Part shown: positions 1-9,660 of the stretch, piece after piece
Layout of the letters: the number at the start of each line of letters is the position of its first letter
Position numbering within the stretch: position 1 is the stretch's first letter
Origin: Bacteroidota bacterium
GTDB lineage: Bacteria; Bacteroidota; Bacteroidia; AKYH767-A; 2013-40CM-41-45
DNA length: 61,373 nt
Assembly (NCBI GenBank): GCA_026391975.1
Contig: JAPLDB010000029.1
Location: 1 to 61,373 of the forward strand
Direction: 5' to 3'
Notes under the pieces: generated by a model
What the model saw: the letters and a program-made list of their open reading frames with translations, nothing else
The model's database searches: none
What the model was told of the DNA's origin: nothing
Translations under genes and position numbers: made by a program

Positions 1-15
1 GTACAATTGGCAAAT

Positions 16-1659
16 CTACTCTTTCACAAATTTTCTGAAAATATTATTTTCTCCACTCTCAATCTTAATGAAATAAACTCCTGAAGGTAGATTGTCAACC
101 TGAATTGCAGGCGATTTTCCATGTTGGTTTTGCAGTTCCAGTGCGATTCTTCCTGTTGCGTCATAAATCACAACTCGACCTATTTCAATATTTCCGGAAA
201 CAATATTCAGATTTTCTGAAGCCGGATTCGGATATAACTTCAACTGATCCTGAACAAGTTCCTCCACGCGATCCAGTACTGAATCATTCGCATATATCGG
301 AATAACAACAGATTGATGTGCCGAATCATCTGTATTAAAATTCAGAGAAGCATGGATTGAATCATTGTTCTGTGTAATCAGTTTGACATCAACAGCAAGC
401 GCTTCTCCGGCTGCAAGGGTGGTGTTCGTTCCTCCGGATTGAAAATTTAATTCCTGTTGGGATAAACTGAAATTTGAAAGCTGAACAACTGTATTTCCAT
501 TGTTCACAATCACGTAATGAAATACGGTTGGCATACCCAACGGAACGTACCCGTATATGATGGAATCCTGCGCTAAATCAATTGACCTGATGACAGGAGC
601 AACAGAAGTATTGGAAATAGAATTGATGCGTTCAATAAATTGTGGATAGTCTATGAAAGGATTTCGGTTGTGCTGAATGAGATCAATGTAATCGTTTCTC
701 TTTTGTTCAATTGTATCAACTGGAAAATTCTGATTCCATGTGCGCAGGATATTCTCCTGTGGCGTGAAAAATCCGGAATAGTTCTGGTACCGCAATACAA
801 AATACATCATTGCCCGTGCAGCAATTCCTTTTTGTTCATCCCTTGGCTCAAACAATCCGTTAGTCGCCTTTGATCCCCCTACTGCCCAGATTGTTCCGCC
901 TGTTACCACACCGAATGGATTGTCAGCACGGTAATTATTGGCAACTTCATCAGTGGCAAAAATGTGATGCAGGTCGGATCTCATGGGCTCCAGTGAACTA
1001 AAAAATGATTGAGGAAAAGTATGCTCGGTATTAAAAGAAAAATTCGTCTGACAGTCCGTCCTGTTGCTGTAGCCTACTGCTTCCCTGCCGGTATATATGC
1101 ATGCAATGGTATTTTGGGTAGCACCTTGCCCGTTTATTTTCTTATTGTCAATGGACATAAACATGCTGTCGCGGGCAATATTGTATCCCAAAGAAATATA
1201 ACCCACTCCGGTAATATTGTGCAGCGCAGATTTAAGTGCCTCTTCCGACTGATTCTGCGTTGAATCATAGTATGCGTTTGAATAACTTCCCTGCCCCACA
1301 AGATCAACGCTTACATATCCCCGCAAGCCATCGTTGACAATCACCATTTCAGAATTGTGAAAAATATTATGCCGCGGAGAAAATTTTATCCAGATGGAAA
1401 ATGAAGAAGTTGCAGCAATTGTAAAATTCTGCTCCCTTGCAGAAAATGCCGGCGCGCCATAGGTATTATAGAAACGAATACCGTTCACATTAACACTCCT
1501 GTTCAAAGAATTCGAAATGGTTAACTGTAAACTGTCAGGCGCGTTCTCAAAAGCTGTCCCGAAATTCAATTGCGGAGAACTCACCGTAAGTGCCTGTGAA
1601 AATAAACCGGTTGCGCGAATGAAAAGTATTGCTGTAAAAAAGGCTGTTCTGTATTTCAA
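16..1659 (-). CDS. Secreted endonuclease I family nuclease with T9SS type A C-terminal sorting domain
   Basis: 547-aa ORF. Signal peptide (M)KYRTAFFTAILFIRATGLFSQA starts at a TTG codon. Endonuclease I-like motifs NTEHTFPQS and DLHHIFATDxxANNxRxNxPFG. C-terminal LYPNPASENLNI...GVYFIKIE tail is typical of Por/T9SS cargo. Confidence 0.75.
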   Translation of the reverse strand: MKYRTAFFTAILFIRATGLFSQALTVSSPQLNFGTAFENAPDSLQLTISNSLNRSVNVNGIRFYNTYGAPAFSAREQNFTIAATSSFSIWIKFSPRHNIFHNSEMVIVNDGLRGYVSVDLVGQGSYSNAYYDSTQNQSEEALKSALHNITGVGYISLGYNIARDSMFMSIDNKKINGQGATQNTIACIYTGREAVGYSNRTDCQTNFSFNTEHTFPQSFFSSLEPMRSDLHHIFATDEVANNYRADNPFGVVTGGTIWAVGGSKATNGLFEPRDEQKGIAARAMMYFVLRYQNYSGFFTPQENILRTWNQNFPVDTIEQKRNDYIDLIQHNRNPFIDYPQFIERINSISNTSVAPVIRSIDLAQDSIIYGYVPLGMPTVFHYVIVNNGNTVVQLSNFSLSQQELNFQSGGTNTTLAAGEALAVDVKLITQNNDSIHASLNFNTDDSAHQSVVIPIYANDSVLDRVEELVQDQLKLYPNPASENLNIVSGNIEIGRVVIYDATGRIALELQNQHGKSPAIQVDNLPSGVYFIKIESGENNIFRKFVKE

Positions 1660-1722
1660 ATCTTACTTATTAAATGGCGGGGTAAACTCGCAATCGCGAG
1701 CATAGCCTCGAGATATTACATA

Positions 1723-3813
1723 TTATTTTACTGTGCTTCCGTTGTTTATTTTCTCCGAAGGCATTACAAACTTCAATTTCCCATCAGCATCCTCGGCCAT
1801 CAGGATCATTCCTTTTGATTCGATTCCTTTTATTTTTCTCGGAGCAAGATTGGCAATGATGGTTACCTGTTGTCCGATAATCTTCTCCGGCTCAAAACAA
1901 TGTGCAATGCCGCTGACAATGGTGCGTTGCTCAAAGCCGAGATCAATTTTTAGTTTTAAAAGCTTATCCGTTTTCGGAACACGCTCTGCTTCAAGAATTG
2001 TTGCAATCCTCAGATCCATCTTGCCGAATTCATCAAATGTGGTTTCTTTCCCGATAGCTGTCGGGATGAAGTCTGAAGCCTTAGGTTCATCAGCCGAAAC
2101 CATTCCTGCTTGCTGATTTATCTTTGTTGCATTCAACTTGGCAATTTGTTTTTCGATGATCTCATCTTCGATCTTCTCAAACAATAGTTCAGCGGCTCCC
2201 AATACATGCCCGGCTTTCAGGATCTGTCCTGTTGCATTTTTCCAGTCTGTTTTTTCAAGATTCAGCATCCTGTTCAGTTTGGAAGCGGTATTTGGCAAAA
2301 ACGGCTCCATCAACAGAGCGAGATATGTTGTAACTTCAAGAGCAATGTATAATATGGTTGCCGTTTGCGCTTCATCTGTCTTGATCGTCTTCCAGGGCTC
2401 AGTCTCTGCAAGGTATTTATTTCCTGCACGCGCCAGGTCCATTAAAGCCTGCTGGGCTTCACGGAACTTATACTTCTCAATATTTTCAGAGATCAGCTTC
2501 TTCGCTTGTTGAATAGCAGCAATACATTCCTGATCTCTTTCATTCGGCTTTCCATGTTGCGGAACTTTTCCACCAAAATAATTCTGTGTAAGAACCAGCG
2601 TCCGGTTCACAAAGTTTCCAAGGATGGCAACCAGTTCGCTGTTATTCCTGGTTTGGAAATCCTTCCACGTAAAATCGTTGTCTTTGTTTTCCGGAAATGT
2701 AGAACACAATACATAACGCAAAACATCCTGTTTACCGGGAAAATCTTCCAGGTATTCATTCAGCCATACAGCCCAGTTGCGCGATGTAGAAATTTTTTCT
2801 CCCTCAAGATTTAAAAATTCATTGGCAGGAACATTTTCAGGAAGAATAAAATCTCCGTGCGCCTTCAACATGGCCGGAAAAATGATGCAATGAAAAACGA
2901 TGTTGTCTTTGCCGATGAAATGGATCAGTTTTGAATCCTTATTACACCAGTAATCTTTCCATCCGATAGTTTGAGGTTTGATGTTTGATGTTTGCCCGTT
3001 TTCAAAATAGGCTTTTGTGGAAGATATATAACCAATTGGCGCATCGAACCAGACATAGAGCACCTTTCCCTCCGTATCCGGCAGCGGAACTTTCACTCCC
3101 CAATCCAGATCACGCGTAACGGCACGAGGTTGCAAACCCTGGTCGAGCCACGACTTGCATTGTCCAAAAACATTTGACTTCCATTCTCCCTCCTTGCTCC
3201 TGATCCATGCCTCCAGCCATTCCTGCTGCATTTTGTCAAGCGGCAAATACCAGTGTTTCGTTTTCTTTTTGATCGGTGGCTTTCCACTCAATTGTGAATG
3301 GGGGTTGATCAGATCTGCAGGAGATAAACTTTTGCCGCACTTCTCACACTGATCGCCATAGGCATTCGGGTTGCCGCAGTTCGGACAGGTACCGGTGATA
3401 TAGCGGTCAGCGAGGAACATGTTCGCCTCTTCATCGAAATATTGTTCACTTACCTCTTCAACAAAAACCTTCTTGTCGTAGAGTGTTGTAAAAAAATCAG
3501 ATGCTGTTTTATGATGAAGCGGATCGCTGGTACGATGGTAAAAATCAAAGGAGATGCCAAAGTCCTCAAAGCTCTTTTTCACGATACCATGATATTTATC
3601 CACCAGCTGTTGTGGTGTAATACCTTCCTTCCGTGCGCGCAATGTAATCGGTACACCATGTTCATCAGAGCCACATATAAAAAGTACGTCTTCGCCCTTA
3701 GCCCTTAAATACCTTACGAAGATATCTGCGGGCAAATAAGCTCCTGCCAAATGGCCAATATGAACGGGGCCATTTACATAGGGTAATGCTGAAGTGATGA
3801 GATACCGGCTCAT
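1723..3813 (-). CDS. metG: Methionine--tRNA ligase with C-terminal tRNA-binding (Trbp111/EMAP-like) domain
   Basis: 696-aa ORF with ATG start. Class I HIGH motif [14 protein letters not shown], Zn knuckle [17 protein letters not shown], KxSxS region [12 protein letters not shown]-terminal block [29 protein letters not shown]. Confidence 0.97.
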   Translation of the reverse strand: MSRYLITSALPYVNGPVHIGHLAGAYLPADIFVRYLRAKGEDVLFICGSDEHGVPITLRARKEGITPQQLVDKYHGIVKKSFEDFGISFDFYHRTSDPLHHKTASDFFTTLYDKKVFVEEVSEQYFDEEANMFLADRYITGTCPNCGNPNAYGDQCEKCGKSLSPADLINPHSQLSGKPPIKKKTKHWYLPLDKMQQEWLEAWIRSKEGEWKSNVFGQCKSWLDQGLQPRAVTRDLDWGVKVPLPDTEGKVLYVWFDAPIGYISSTKAYFENGQTSNIKPQTIGWKDYWCNKDSKLIHFIGKDNIVFHCIIFPAMLKAHGDFILPENVPANEFLNLEGEKISTSRNWAVWLNEYLEDFPGKQDVLRYVLCSTFPENKDNDFTWKDFQTRNNSELVAILGNFVNRTLVLTQNYFGGKVPQHGKPNERDQECIAAIQQAKKLISENIEKYKFREAQQALMDLARAGNKYLAETEPWKTIKTDEAQTATILYIALEVTTYLALLMEPFLPNTASKLNRMLNLEKTDWKNATGQILKAGHVLGAAELLFEKIEDEIIEKQIAKLNATKINQQAGMVSADEPKASDFIPTAIGKETTFDEFGKMDLRIATILEAERVPKTDKLLKLKIDLGFEQRTIVSGIAHCFEPEKIIGQQVTIIANLAPRKIKGIESKGMILMAEDADGKLKFVMPSEKINNGSTVK

Positions 3814-3846
3814 TGGAGGTTTGAAGTTTTGAGTTTGAAGTTAGGG
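3813..3846. repeat. Tandem heptamer tract (TTGGAGG TTTGAAG TTTTGAG TTTGAAG on + strand) abutting the metG start codon
   Basis: Read directly from the sequence. On the coding (-) strand the metG leader reads CTTCAAACTCAAAACTTCAAACCTCCAATG. Confidence 0.7.
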
Positions 3847-3937
3847 CTGCTTATCTTACAACATTAAGCATCAAACTTTTAACTTTTTTATGGGACGCAA
3901 AAATAGACAAATTAAGTTGCTGCGGGAAACAATACGT

Positions 3938-5215
3938 TTAACGCATTATCGAGAATTTACGAAAAGAAAAGCGGCCATTTTCATCAGTAAATTGAAGAAA
4001 GTAAATGCCTTCAGGCAACGCGGAAATATTCAGCACAAAAGGGTTCACCTTATCTGCAAAAGCAGTTTCATACACATTTTCACCGGTCATGTTATAAATT
4101 GAAAAGCTTTTAATGATGTATTGGTTGTCATTAATGATAAGAGATCCATTGGCCGGATTAGGAAAAACTTCAATTGCGCTCAACATATCCTCATTCACAG
4201 AAGATCCATTGCAAACCATGTTGTTGAATAACATAAAAGTGTCGCTTGCGCATGCATTGTAAACAACATGCACGACGGGAAAATACTGTGAATACAGATA
4301 ATGATGCACAGGACTTGGATCCGTTGAAGTAGTGCTGTCACCAAAATCCCAGAAATGAGAAAAATTTGAATTTGAGTTACAATAGTAAACACCGTTACAT
4401 CCGGGTGCTTCACTCCATGAAAACTCAGCCCACGGCTCATAGACACCAAGGTTCCAGAAATTCAGACTATCAGAAACAGTTTGTCGGGCGAACAGGTGAT
4501 ACATATAAGCCGAAAGCTGTGTTACTCCGGGATTGTAGGTATTTCCATTTGCACTTTTATGAAAGAATATATTGTAAAAAACAGATGCAGCAAGGAAAGA
4601 GCCATTGAGTGAAGGATGGCTGAAATCAGTCGAGTATAATTCAACGGTACTGTCATATGCAATACAACTTCTGTAAGCTTCGCCTACGGGTGCTACAATT
4701 CCATGACAGGTATCTGCCATCAGCTTATAGGAATCAAGAAGCCGCTGTTGCATTCCATCATAGGTGCAAACAGGAGGATAGAAAGCACAGTTGGAAGCAT
4801 CGCCGTATTTCCGTCCCCATGTCTCGAAAAAAACAGTTTGGGTACATGGGTTGTTGGCATGGATCACACTGTCAAGGAACAATGCATAAGGAATAGTGGC
4901 GGTATCAACAATATTCGGATCGAGCGATGGAAGCTGGCTTTGTTCCTGCAACACAACGTAATCCCACTGCTGCTGGTTAATTTTTGTGATCGTATTCGCA
5001 TCGGCTGCATGCATTTTAAGTGTGTATCCACCCAAAGCGCTGACATCCCAATCCAGCGTATCACCTCCGGCTGTCACTATACTGTCTACGAGGAGGGGGA
5101 GGTTATTTACATAGGTATAGCTGTTCCCGATAAAGAGCGCTTTAACCTTCTTGTGCTGGGCAGACAAGCCGGTTGCAGCCAGAAAAAATAACCAATATAA
5201 TATCCCTGATTTCAT
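3938..5215 (-). CDS. Secreted SGNH/DUF4886-like hydrolase-fold protein with PKD-like domain and T9SS type A sorting domain
   Basis: 425-aa ORF with ATG start and a signal peptide. N-terminal KALFIGNSYTYVNNLP block. PKD-like WDFGDSTTSTDPSPVHHY. C-terminal VFPNPANGSLII...GIYFLQF tail. Confidence 0.6.
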   Translation of the reverse strand: MKSGILYWLFFLAATGLSAQHKKVKALFIGNSYTYVNNLPLLVDSIVTAGGDTLDWDVSALGGYTLKMHAADANTITKINQQQWDYVVLQEQSQLPSLDPNIVDTATIPYALFLDSVIHANNPCTQTVFFETWGRKYGDASNCAFYPPVCTYDGMQQRLLDSYKLMADTCHGIVAPVGEAYRSCIAYDSTVELYSTDFSHPSLNGSFLAASVFYNIFFHKSANGNTYNPGVTQLSAYMYHLFARQTVSDSLNFWNLGVYEPWAEFSWSEAPGCNGVYYCNSNSNFSHFWDFGDSTTSTDPSPVHHYLYSQYFPVVHVVYNACASDTFMLFNNMVCNGSSVNEDMLSAIEVFPNPANGSLIINDNQYIIKSFSIYNMTGENVYETAFADKVNPFVLNISALPEGIYFLQFTDENGRFSFRKFSIMR

Positions 5216-5268
5216 AGGTATTGAATGCTCAAAACTAACAATTATTAATCACATCTTTGCCTTACAAA

Positions 5269-6174
5269 ATGACAACACCAGCATATTTAAAATCCGGAGA
5301 TAAAGTAGCCATTGTTTCTACTGCACGAAAAGTATCCGAAGCAGAAATGACACCTGCAGTTGAACTGCTAAAGCAATGGGGGATTGAAACTGCCTTCGGT
5401 AAAAACCTGTTCAATCAGCTAAATCAGTTTGCAGGCACTGATGAAGACCGCACGCAGGATTTTCAGGATGCACTGAATGATCCTTCGGTAAAAGCAATTC
5501 TCTTCGCCCGTGGCGGATATGGTACAGTGCGCATCATCGACAAGATCGACTGGAGTGCATTTAAAATAAATCCCAAGTGGCTGATCGGTTTCAGTGATGT
5601 AACCGTAACTCATTCGCACGTTCAGAAGAATTTTGGAATTGAAACGCTCCATGCGCCGATGGCCTTCAATCTCCCAAAGTCAACGAATGAAGTAAAGCAA
5701 AAACTACGACAGGCTTTGTTCGGCGAAAAACTGCAGTACGAGATCAGTGAAAATATTTTTTCCGACATCAACCGCCCGGGCGAATGCACAGGCGAACTTG
5801 TAGGAGGAAACCTATCCATACTTTATTCATTGCTTGGTTCATCATCCAGCATTGACACAAATGGAAAAATACTTTTCCTTGAGGACCTTGATGAATATCT
5901 TTATCACATCGACAGGATGATGATGGCCTTGAAACGTGCAGGAAAACTTTACAAACTGGCAGGACTTATTGTGGGCGGAATGAATGACATGAAAGACAAC
6001 AAGGTGCGCTTCAATAAAACGGCTGAAGAGATAATAAGTGAAGCGGTAAGTGAATACAATTATCCTTTACTCTTTGGGTTTCCGGCAGGGCATGTCAGGA
6101 ATAACATGCCGCTCATCTTTGGAAGGAAAGTGAATCTTAAAGTTGTTGAAGATTCGTCGTTGTCTTTTTCATAA
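5269..6174 (+). CDS. ldcA: LD-carboxypeptidase (peptidase S66, muramoyltetrapeptide carboxypeptidase-like)
   Basis: The ORF track starts at a TTG (5257). The first ATG at 5269 gives MTTPAYLKSGDKVAIVS. GFSDVT nucleophile motif and a C-terminal FPAGH block. Confidence 0.85.
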   Translation: MTTPAYLKSGDKVAIVSTARKVSEAEMTPAVELLKQWGIETAFGKNLFNQLNQFAGTDEDRTQDFQDALNDPSVKAILFARGGYGTVRIIDKIDWSAFKINPKWLIGFSDVTVTHSHVQKNFGIETLHAPMAFNLPKSTNEVKQKLRQALFGEKLQYEISENIFSDINRPGECTGELVGGNLSILYSLLGSSSSIDTNGKILFLEDLDEYLYHIDRMMMALKRAGKLYKLAGLIVGGMNDMKDNKVRFNKTAEEIISEAVSEYNYPLLFGFPAGHVRNNMPLIFGRKVNLKVVEDSSLSFS

Positions 6175-6211
6175 CGGTTAACCGATAGCGAATAACAAAT
6201 ATCGTTTCTTC

Positions 6212-6574
6212 ATGAGCGAACAAAGCGAACTTGGAAAACTAGGGGAACAGTTGGCAGCCGAATTCCTCAGAAAGAACGACCACATCATCCTGCATCAGAA
6301 TTTTGTCTGGGAAAAAGCAGAGATCGATATCATCTCCATCAAGGACAATAAAATTGTTTTCGTTGAAGTCAAGACACGTGTATCACCGTATCTGAATGAC
6401 CCCGCTTTGATGGTGCCGATGAAAAAATGGAGGCAGATCATGAAAGCAGCCGATTATTTCATGAAAGAAAGAACCGATGACCTGACAGCCCAATTTGATA
6501 TTATTTCTGTGATCACCAACAAGGATTACACGAAAATTGAGCATTATGATGAGGCCTATATTCCCGGAGTATAG
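6212..6574 (+). CDS. yraN: YraN family (UPF0102) endonuclease-like protein
   Basis: 120 aa. LGEQLAAEFLRKNDHIILHQNF...EIDIISIKDNKIVFVEVKTR is the characteristic YraN core. Confidence 0.85.
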   Translation: MSEQSELGKLGEQLAAEFLRKNDHIILHQNFVWEKAEIDIISIKDNKIVFVEVKTRVSPYLNDPALMVPMKKWRQIMKAADYFMKERTDDLTAQFDIISVITNKDYTKIEHYDEAYIPGV

Positions 6575-6627
6575 CTAAAGGAAGCAGTTCAGCCCTAATT
6601 TGTTATCTTCGCGGTTAAATCAGAAAA

Positions 6628-8436
6628 ATGAGAACAGGAAGCCGCAAAGTAACCCGAAACCGAAAGACCTCCGGAACCCCTCCGGATGCAGAAATTCGCG
6701 GGAAAGGAAGGGGAGCCGGGGCCCGTAAACCGGGAAAATACAGACCAAAAACAGAGGGAGCAGCACCATACAGGGACAGAAAACCGGATGGTGAAAGACC
6801 GGCAAGGAAACCTTACGGCGACAGACCTTACTCAAAACCAGGCGCATCTACCGGAAGAAGTTATAGAAAACCGGAAGGAGAATATTCGAAAGACAAGCCC
6901 CGCTTCAGCCGTGAAGGTGGCAAACCGGATGGAGAGAGACCGGCAAGAAAGCCTTATGGTGACAGACCGTTTTCAAAACCGGGCGGAGCAACTGGAAGAA
7001 GTTTCAGGAAACCGGATGGAGAATTTTCAAAAGACAAACCCCGCTTCAGCCGTGAAGGTGGCAAACCGGATGGAGAAAGACCGGCAAGAAAACCTTACGG
7101 TGACAGACCGTTTTCAAAACCGGGCGGAGCAACTGGAAGAAGTTTCAGGAAACCGGATGGAGAATTTTCAAAAGACAAACCTCGTTTCAGTCGTGAAGGT
7201 GGCAAACCGGAAGGAGAAAGACCGGCAAGAAAGCCTTATGGTGACAGACCCTATTCAAAACCGGGCGGATCAACAGGAAGAAGTTTTAGAAAACCGGATG
7301 GAGAATATTCTAAAGACAAGCCACGGTTCAATCGTGAAGGTGACAAACCGGAAGGAGAAAGACCGGCAAGAAAACCTTACGGTGACAAACCTTATTCAAA
7401 ACCGGGCGGATCAACAGGAAGAAGTTTTAGAAAACCTGAAGGAGAATTTTCAAAAGACAAACCACGTTTCAGTCGCGAAGGTGGCAAACCGTATGCGCCA
7501 AGAACAGGTGGATTCAAAAAGCCTTTCGTAAAATCCGGAGAAGAAAATACATCTGAATCACCTCAGGGTGAGAACAAATGGAACCGCAAAGAAAAACACG
7601 AGTTTTACGGTGACAAAAAAAGACGACCACGTACATTCAGCAAGCCGGAAGTAAATGCTGAACCAAAGGTTGACGACGGAACCATCCGTTTGAATAAATA
7701 CATTTCAAATGCAGGTATCTGCTCGAGAAGAGAAGCAGATGATTTGATCTCTACAGGTGTCATTTCCGTCAATGGAAATATTATTACAACCCTCGGATAT
7801 AAGGTGCAACCGGGAGATGTTGTAAGGTACAACGATGCCAGATTGAAATCTGAAAAACCTGTATATCTATTGCTGAATAAACCGAAAGACTTCATCACAA
7901 CCGTTGATGATCCTCAAAACAGGCAAACGGTGATGTCGCTGATCAAGCATGCCTGTAAAGAGCGCGTGTATCCTGTCGGTCGCCTTGACAGGAATACAAC
8001 GGGGCTGTTGCTTTTCACCAACGATGGCGACCTTGCAGACAAGCTTACACATCCGAGTTTTGAAGTTCAGAAAGTTTACGAAGTACACCTGGACAAGAAT
8101 CTGAAAAATGAACATTTCGAAGAGATCGGAAGCGGCCTTACGCTCGAAGACGGCGTCATCAGGCCCGATGAAATTTCTTATTCACCGGATGACAAATCAA
8201 TTGTCGGCATTGAACTTCACAGCGGACGCAACAGAATTGTTAGAAGGATATTTGAGCACTTCGGATACCGCATCAGCAAACTTGACCGTGTGCTCTATGC
8301 CGGCCTCACCAAGAAAGACCTTCCCCGCGGTAAATTCCGATTCCTCACTGAAATGGAACTGGCTAACCTGAAAATGATTACAGGCAATAAACGTTTCAAA
8401 GCTGCGCCGAAGAGGATTGCAATGGCGGAGGAGTAA
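6628..8436 (+). CDS. rluB: RluB/RsuA-family 23S rRNA pseudouridine synthase with long basic repeat-containing N-terminal extension
   Basis: 602 aa. S4 domain IRLNKYISNAGICSRREADDLISTGVISVNG. Catalytic motif GRLDRNTTGLLLFTNDG. The first ~300 aa are K/R/P/G-rich repeats. Confidence 0.85.
   Translation: MRTGSRKVTRNRKTSGTPPDAEIRGKGRGAGARKPGKYRPKTEGAAPYRDRKPDGERPARKPYGDRPYSKPGASTGRSYRKPEGEYSKDKPRFSREGGKPDGERPARKPYGDRPFSKPGGATGRSFRKPDGEFSKDKPRFSREGGKPDGERPARKPYGDRPFSKPGGATGRSFRKPDGEFSKDKPRFSREGGKPEGERPARKPYGDRPYSKPGGSTGRSFRKPDGEYSKDKPRFNREGDKPEGERPARKPYGDKPYSKPGGSTGRSFRKPEGEFSKDKPRFSREGGKPYAPRTGGFKKPFVKSGEENTSESPQGENKWNRKEKHEFYGDKKRRPRTFSKPEVNAEPKVDDGTIRLNKYISNAGICSRREADDLISTGVISVNGNIITTLGYKVQPGDVVRYNDARLKSEKPVYLLLNKPKDFITTVDDPQNRQTVMSLIKHACKERVYPVGRLDRNTTGLLLFTNDGDLADKLTHPSFEVQKVYEVHLDKNLKNEHFEEIGSGLTLEDGVIRPDEISYSPDDKSIVGIELHSGRNRIVRRIFEHFGYRISKLDRVLYAGLTKKDLPRGKFRFLTEMELANLKMITGNKRFKAAPKRIAMAEE
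6781..7485 (+). repeat. Five tandem in-frame 141-bp (47-aa) repeats inside rluB
   Basis: Unit is KP(D/E)GERPARKPYGD(R/K)P(F/Y)SKPGG(A/S)TGRSFRKP(D/E)GE(F/Y)SKDKPRF(S/N)REG(G/D). Boundaries are 6781, 6922, 7063, 7204, 7345 and 7485. Confidence 0.95.
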
Positions 8437-8449
8437 TTTTCATATTCTG

Positions 8450-8659
8450 ATGATGAAAAAATTTAAACTGGACCGCACTGCTTTTTCAATGCATGCCTTA
8501 GAAGCCCATGAACCCGCTATTAGTTATTGGAAAAACAAGAGTATAGATGAAAGGCTTGCCGCTGCAGTTTATTTAAATAGTGTTGCATACAATTTCGATC
8601 TTCAAAATCCTCCGCGGATAGATAGAACCGCATTCTCAATGAGAAAACACAATGCCTGA
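8450..8659 (+). CDS. Hypothetical 69-aa protein, upstream partner of a nucleotidyltransferase
   Basis: ATG ATG at 8450; the track ORF begins at a TTG inside the rluB 3' end. The peptide motif (L/I)DRTAFSM occurs at both termini. The stop lies 2 nt before the next ATG. Confidence 0.5.
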   Translation: MMKKFKLDRTAFSMHALEAHEPAISYWKNKSIDERLAAAVYLNSVAYNFDLQNPPRIDRTAFSMRKHNA

Positions 8660-8661
8660 AT

Positions 8662-9117
8662 ATGGGGAATATTTTTCATGAGGATTTTCGGGATTTTATA
8701 ATTGCATTGAATGAATGCAATGTTGAATATATGGTGATTGGTGGATATGCTGTTGTTTTGCATGGTTATTCACGCAATACCGGCGATCTGGATTTTTGGG
8801 TAAATAAAACTTCCACGAACTATCAAAAACTAAAACTAGCTTTTGCAAAATTCAGAATGCCTGTTTTTGACATGACTGAAGAAAATTTTTTATTCAACCC
8901 TAAATTAGACGTATTTACATTTGGCAGGCCACCTGTTTCAATTGATATTCTGACGAAAGTAAAAGGTCTAAATTTTGACGAATGCGCTCCAAAAGCGACA
9001 GAAATGAACGTAGAGGATTTAATAGTAAGGGTAATTGATTTTCGCGATTTGATAAAAGCAAAAAGGGAGAGTGGTAGGTCAAAGGACATGGACGACCTCG
9101 AAAATCTTCAACAATAA
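8662..9117 (+). CDS. Small nucleotidyltransferase-fold protein (MNT/DUF6036-like)
   Basis: 151 aa. NTase signature VIGGYAVVLHGYSRNTGDLDFWV. C-terminal DLIKAKRESGRSKDMDDLENL block, as seen in small NTase components of TA-like pairs. Confidence 0.65.
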   Translation: MGNIFHEDFRDFIIALNECNVEYMVIGGYAVVLHGYSRNTGDLDFWVNKTSTNYQKLKLAFAKFRMPVFDMTEENFLFNPKLDVFTFGRPPVSIDILTKVKGLNFDECAPKATEMNVEDLIVRVIDFRDLIKAKRESGRSKDMDDLENLQQ

Positions 9118-9234
9118 ACTGAATCATCTCATTTAATTAAAAAACTAATGATAGTGCAAAAAAGTTGCTTGATGTGTTTTAAAGCACCTACATCCGATTA
9201 AGCAAAGTATTTCATTCCTTATCCAAACCGACTC

Positions 9235-9636
9235 ATGCCCAAAACCCTCACCCAATCCGTCACCTTCAAAAATCAAAAAGCATCTGCATTGTATTCAATG
9301 TATCTTGACAGCAAGCAGCATGCAATGATTACAGGAGGTGCTGCAGCAAAAATTTCTGCAAAAGAAGGTGCTGCATTTTCCGCACACGGCGGCTATTGCT
9401 TCGGAAAAAACCTGCAGCTGGTCAAAGATAGACTGATTGTACAAAGCTGGCGTGGCAGCGACTGGGCTGAGGATGAAATGGATTCCACTTTTATTTTATC
9501 CTTTGAACAAAAAGGAAAAGATGCTGTCATCAACATGGTTCATGCAAATGTTCCCGATCAGCATGCAGCAGGGATCAAGACTGGCTGGACAGACTACTAC
9601 TGGAAACCGTGGAAAGAATATCTGCGTAATCTTTAG
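9235..9636 (+). CDS. SRPBCC superfamily (AHSA1/Aha1-like) domain protein
   Basis: 133 aa with ATG start. Sequence pattern ...LIVQSWRGSDWAEDEMDSTFILSFE...HANVPD... is typical of the Activator-of-Hsp90-ATPase-homologue-like START fold. Confidence 0.7.
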   Translation: MPKTLTQSVTFKNQKASALYSMYLDSKQHAMITGGAAAKISAKEGAAFSAHGGYCFGKNLQLVKDRLIVQSWRGSDWAEDEMDSTFILSFEQKGKDAVINMVHANVPDQHAAGIKTGWTDYYWKPWKEYLRNL

Positions 9637-9660
9637 GTCGACGTACGGCTAAACCTCACC

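Noticed and set aside
4703-5191. 162-aa + strand ORF opposite the SGNH/PKD cargo gene
   Set aside because: It is an antisense shadow with no motifs. The - strand ORF has a signal peptide, a PKD domain and a T9SS tail.
6686-7531. 281-aa ORF in an alternative + frame across the rluB repeat region
   Set aside because: It stays open only because the 141-bp unit lacks stops in that frame and is repeated five times. Its product is a repeat shadow of the rluB frame. The rluB frame continues into well-recognised S4 and pseudouridine synthase domains.
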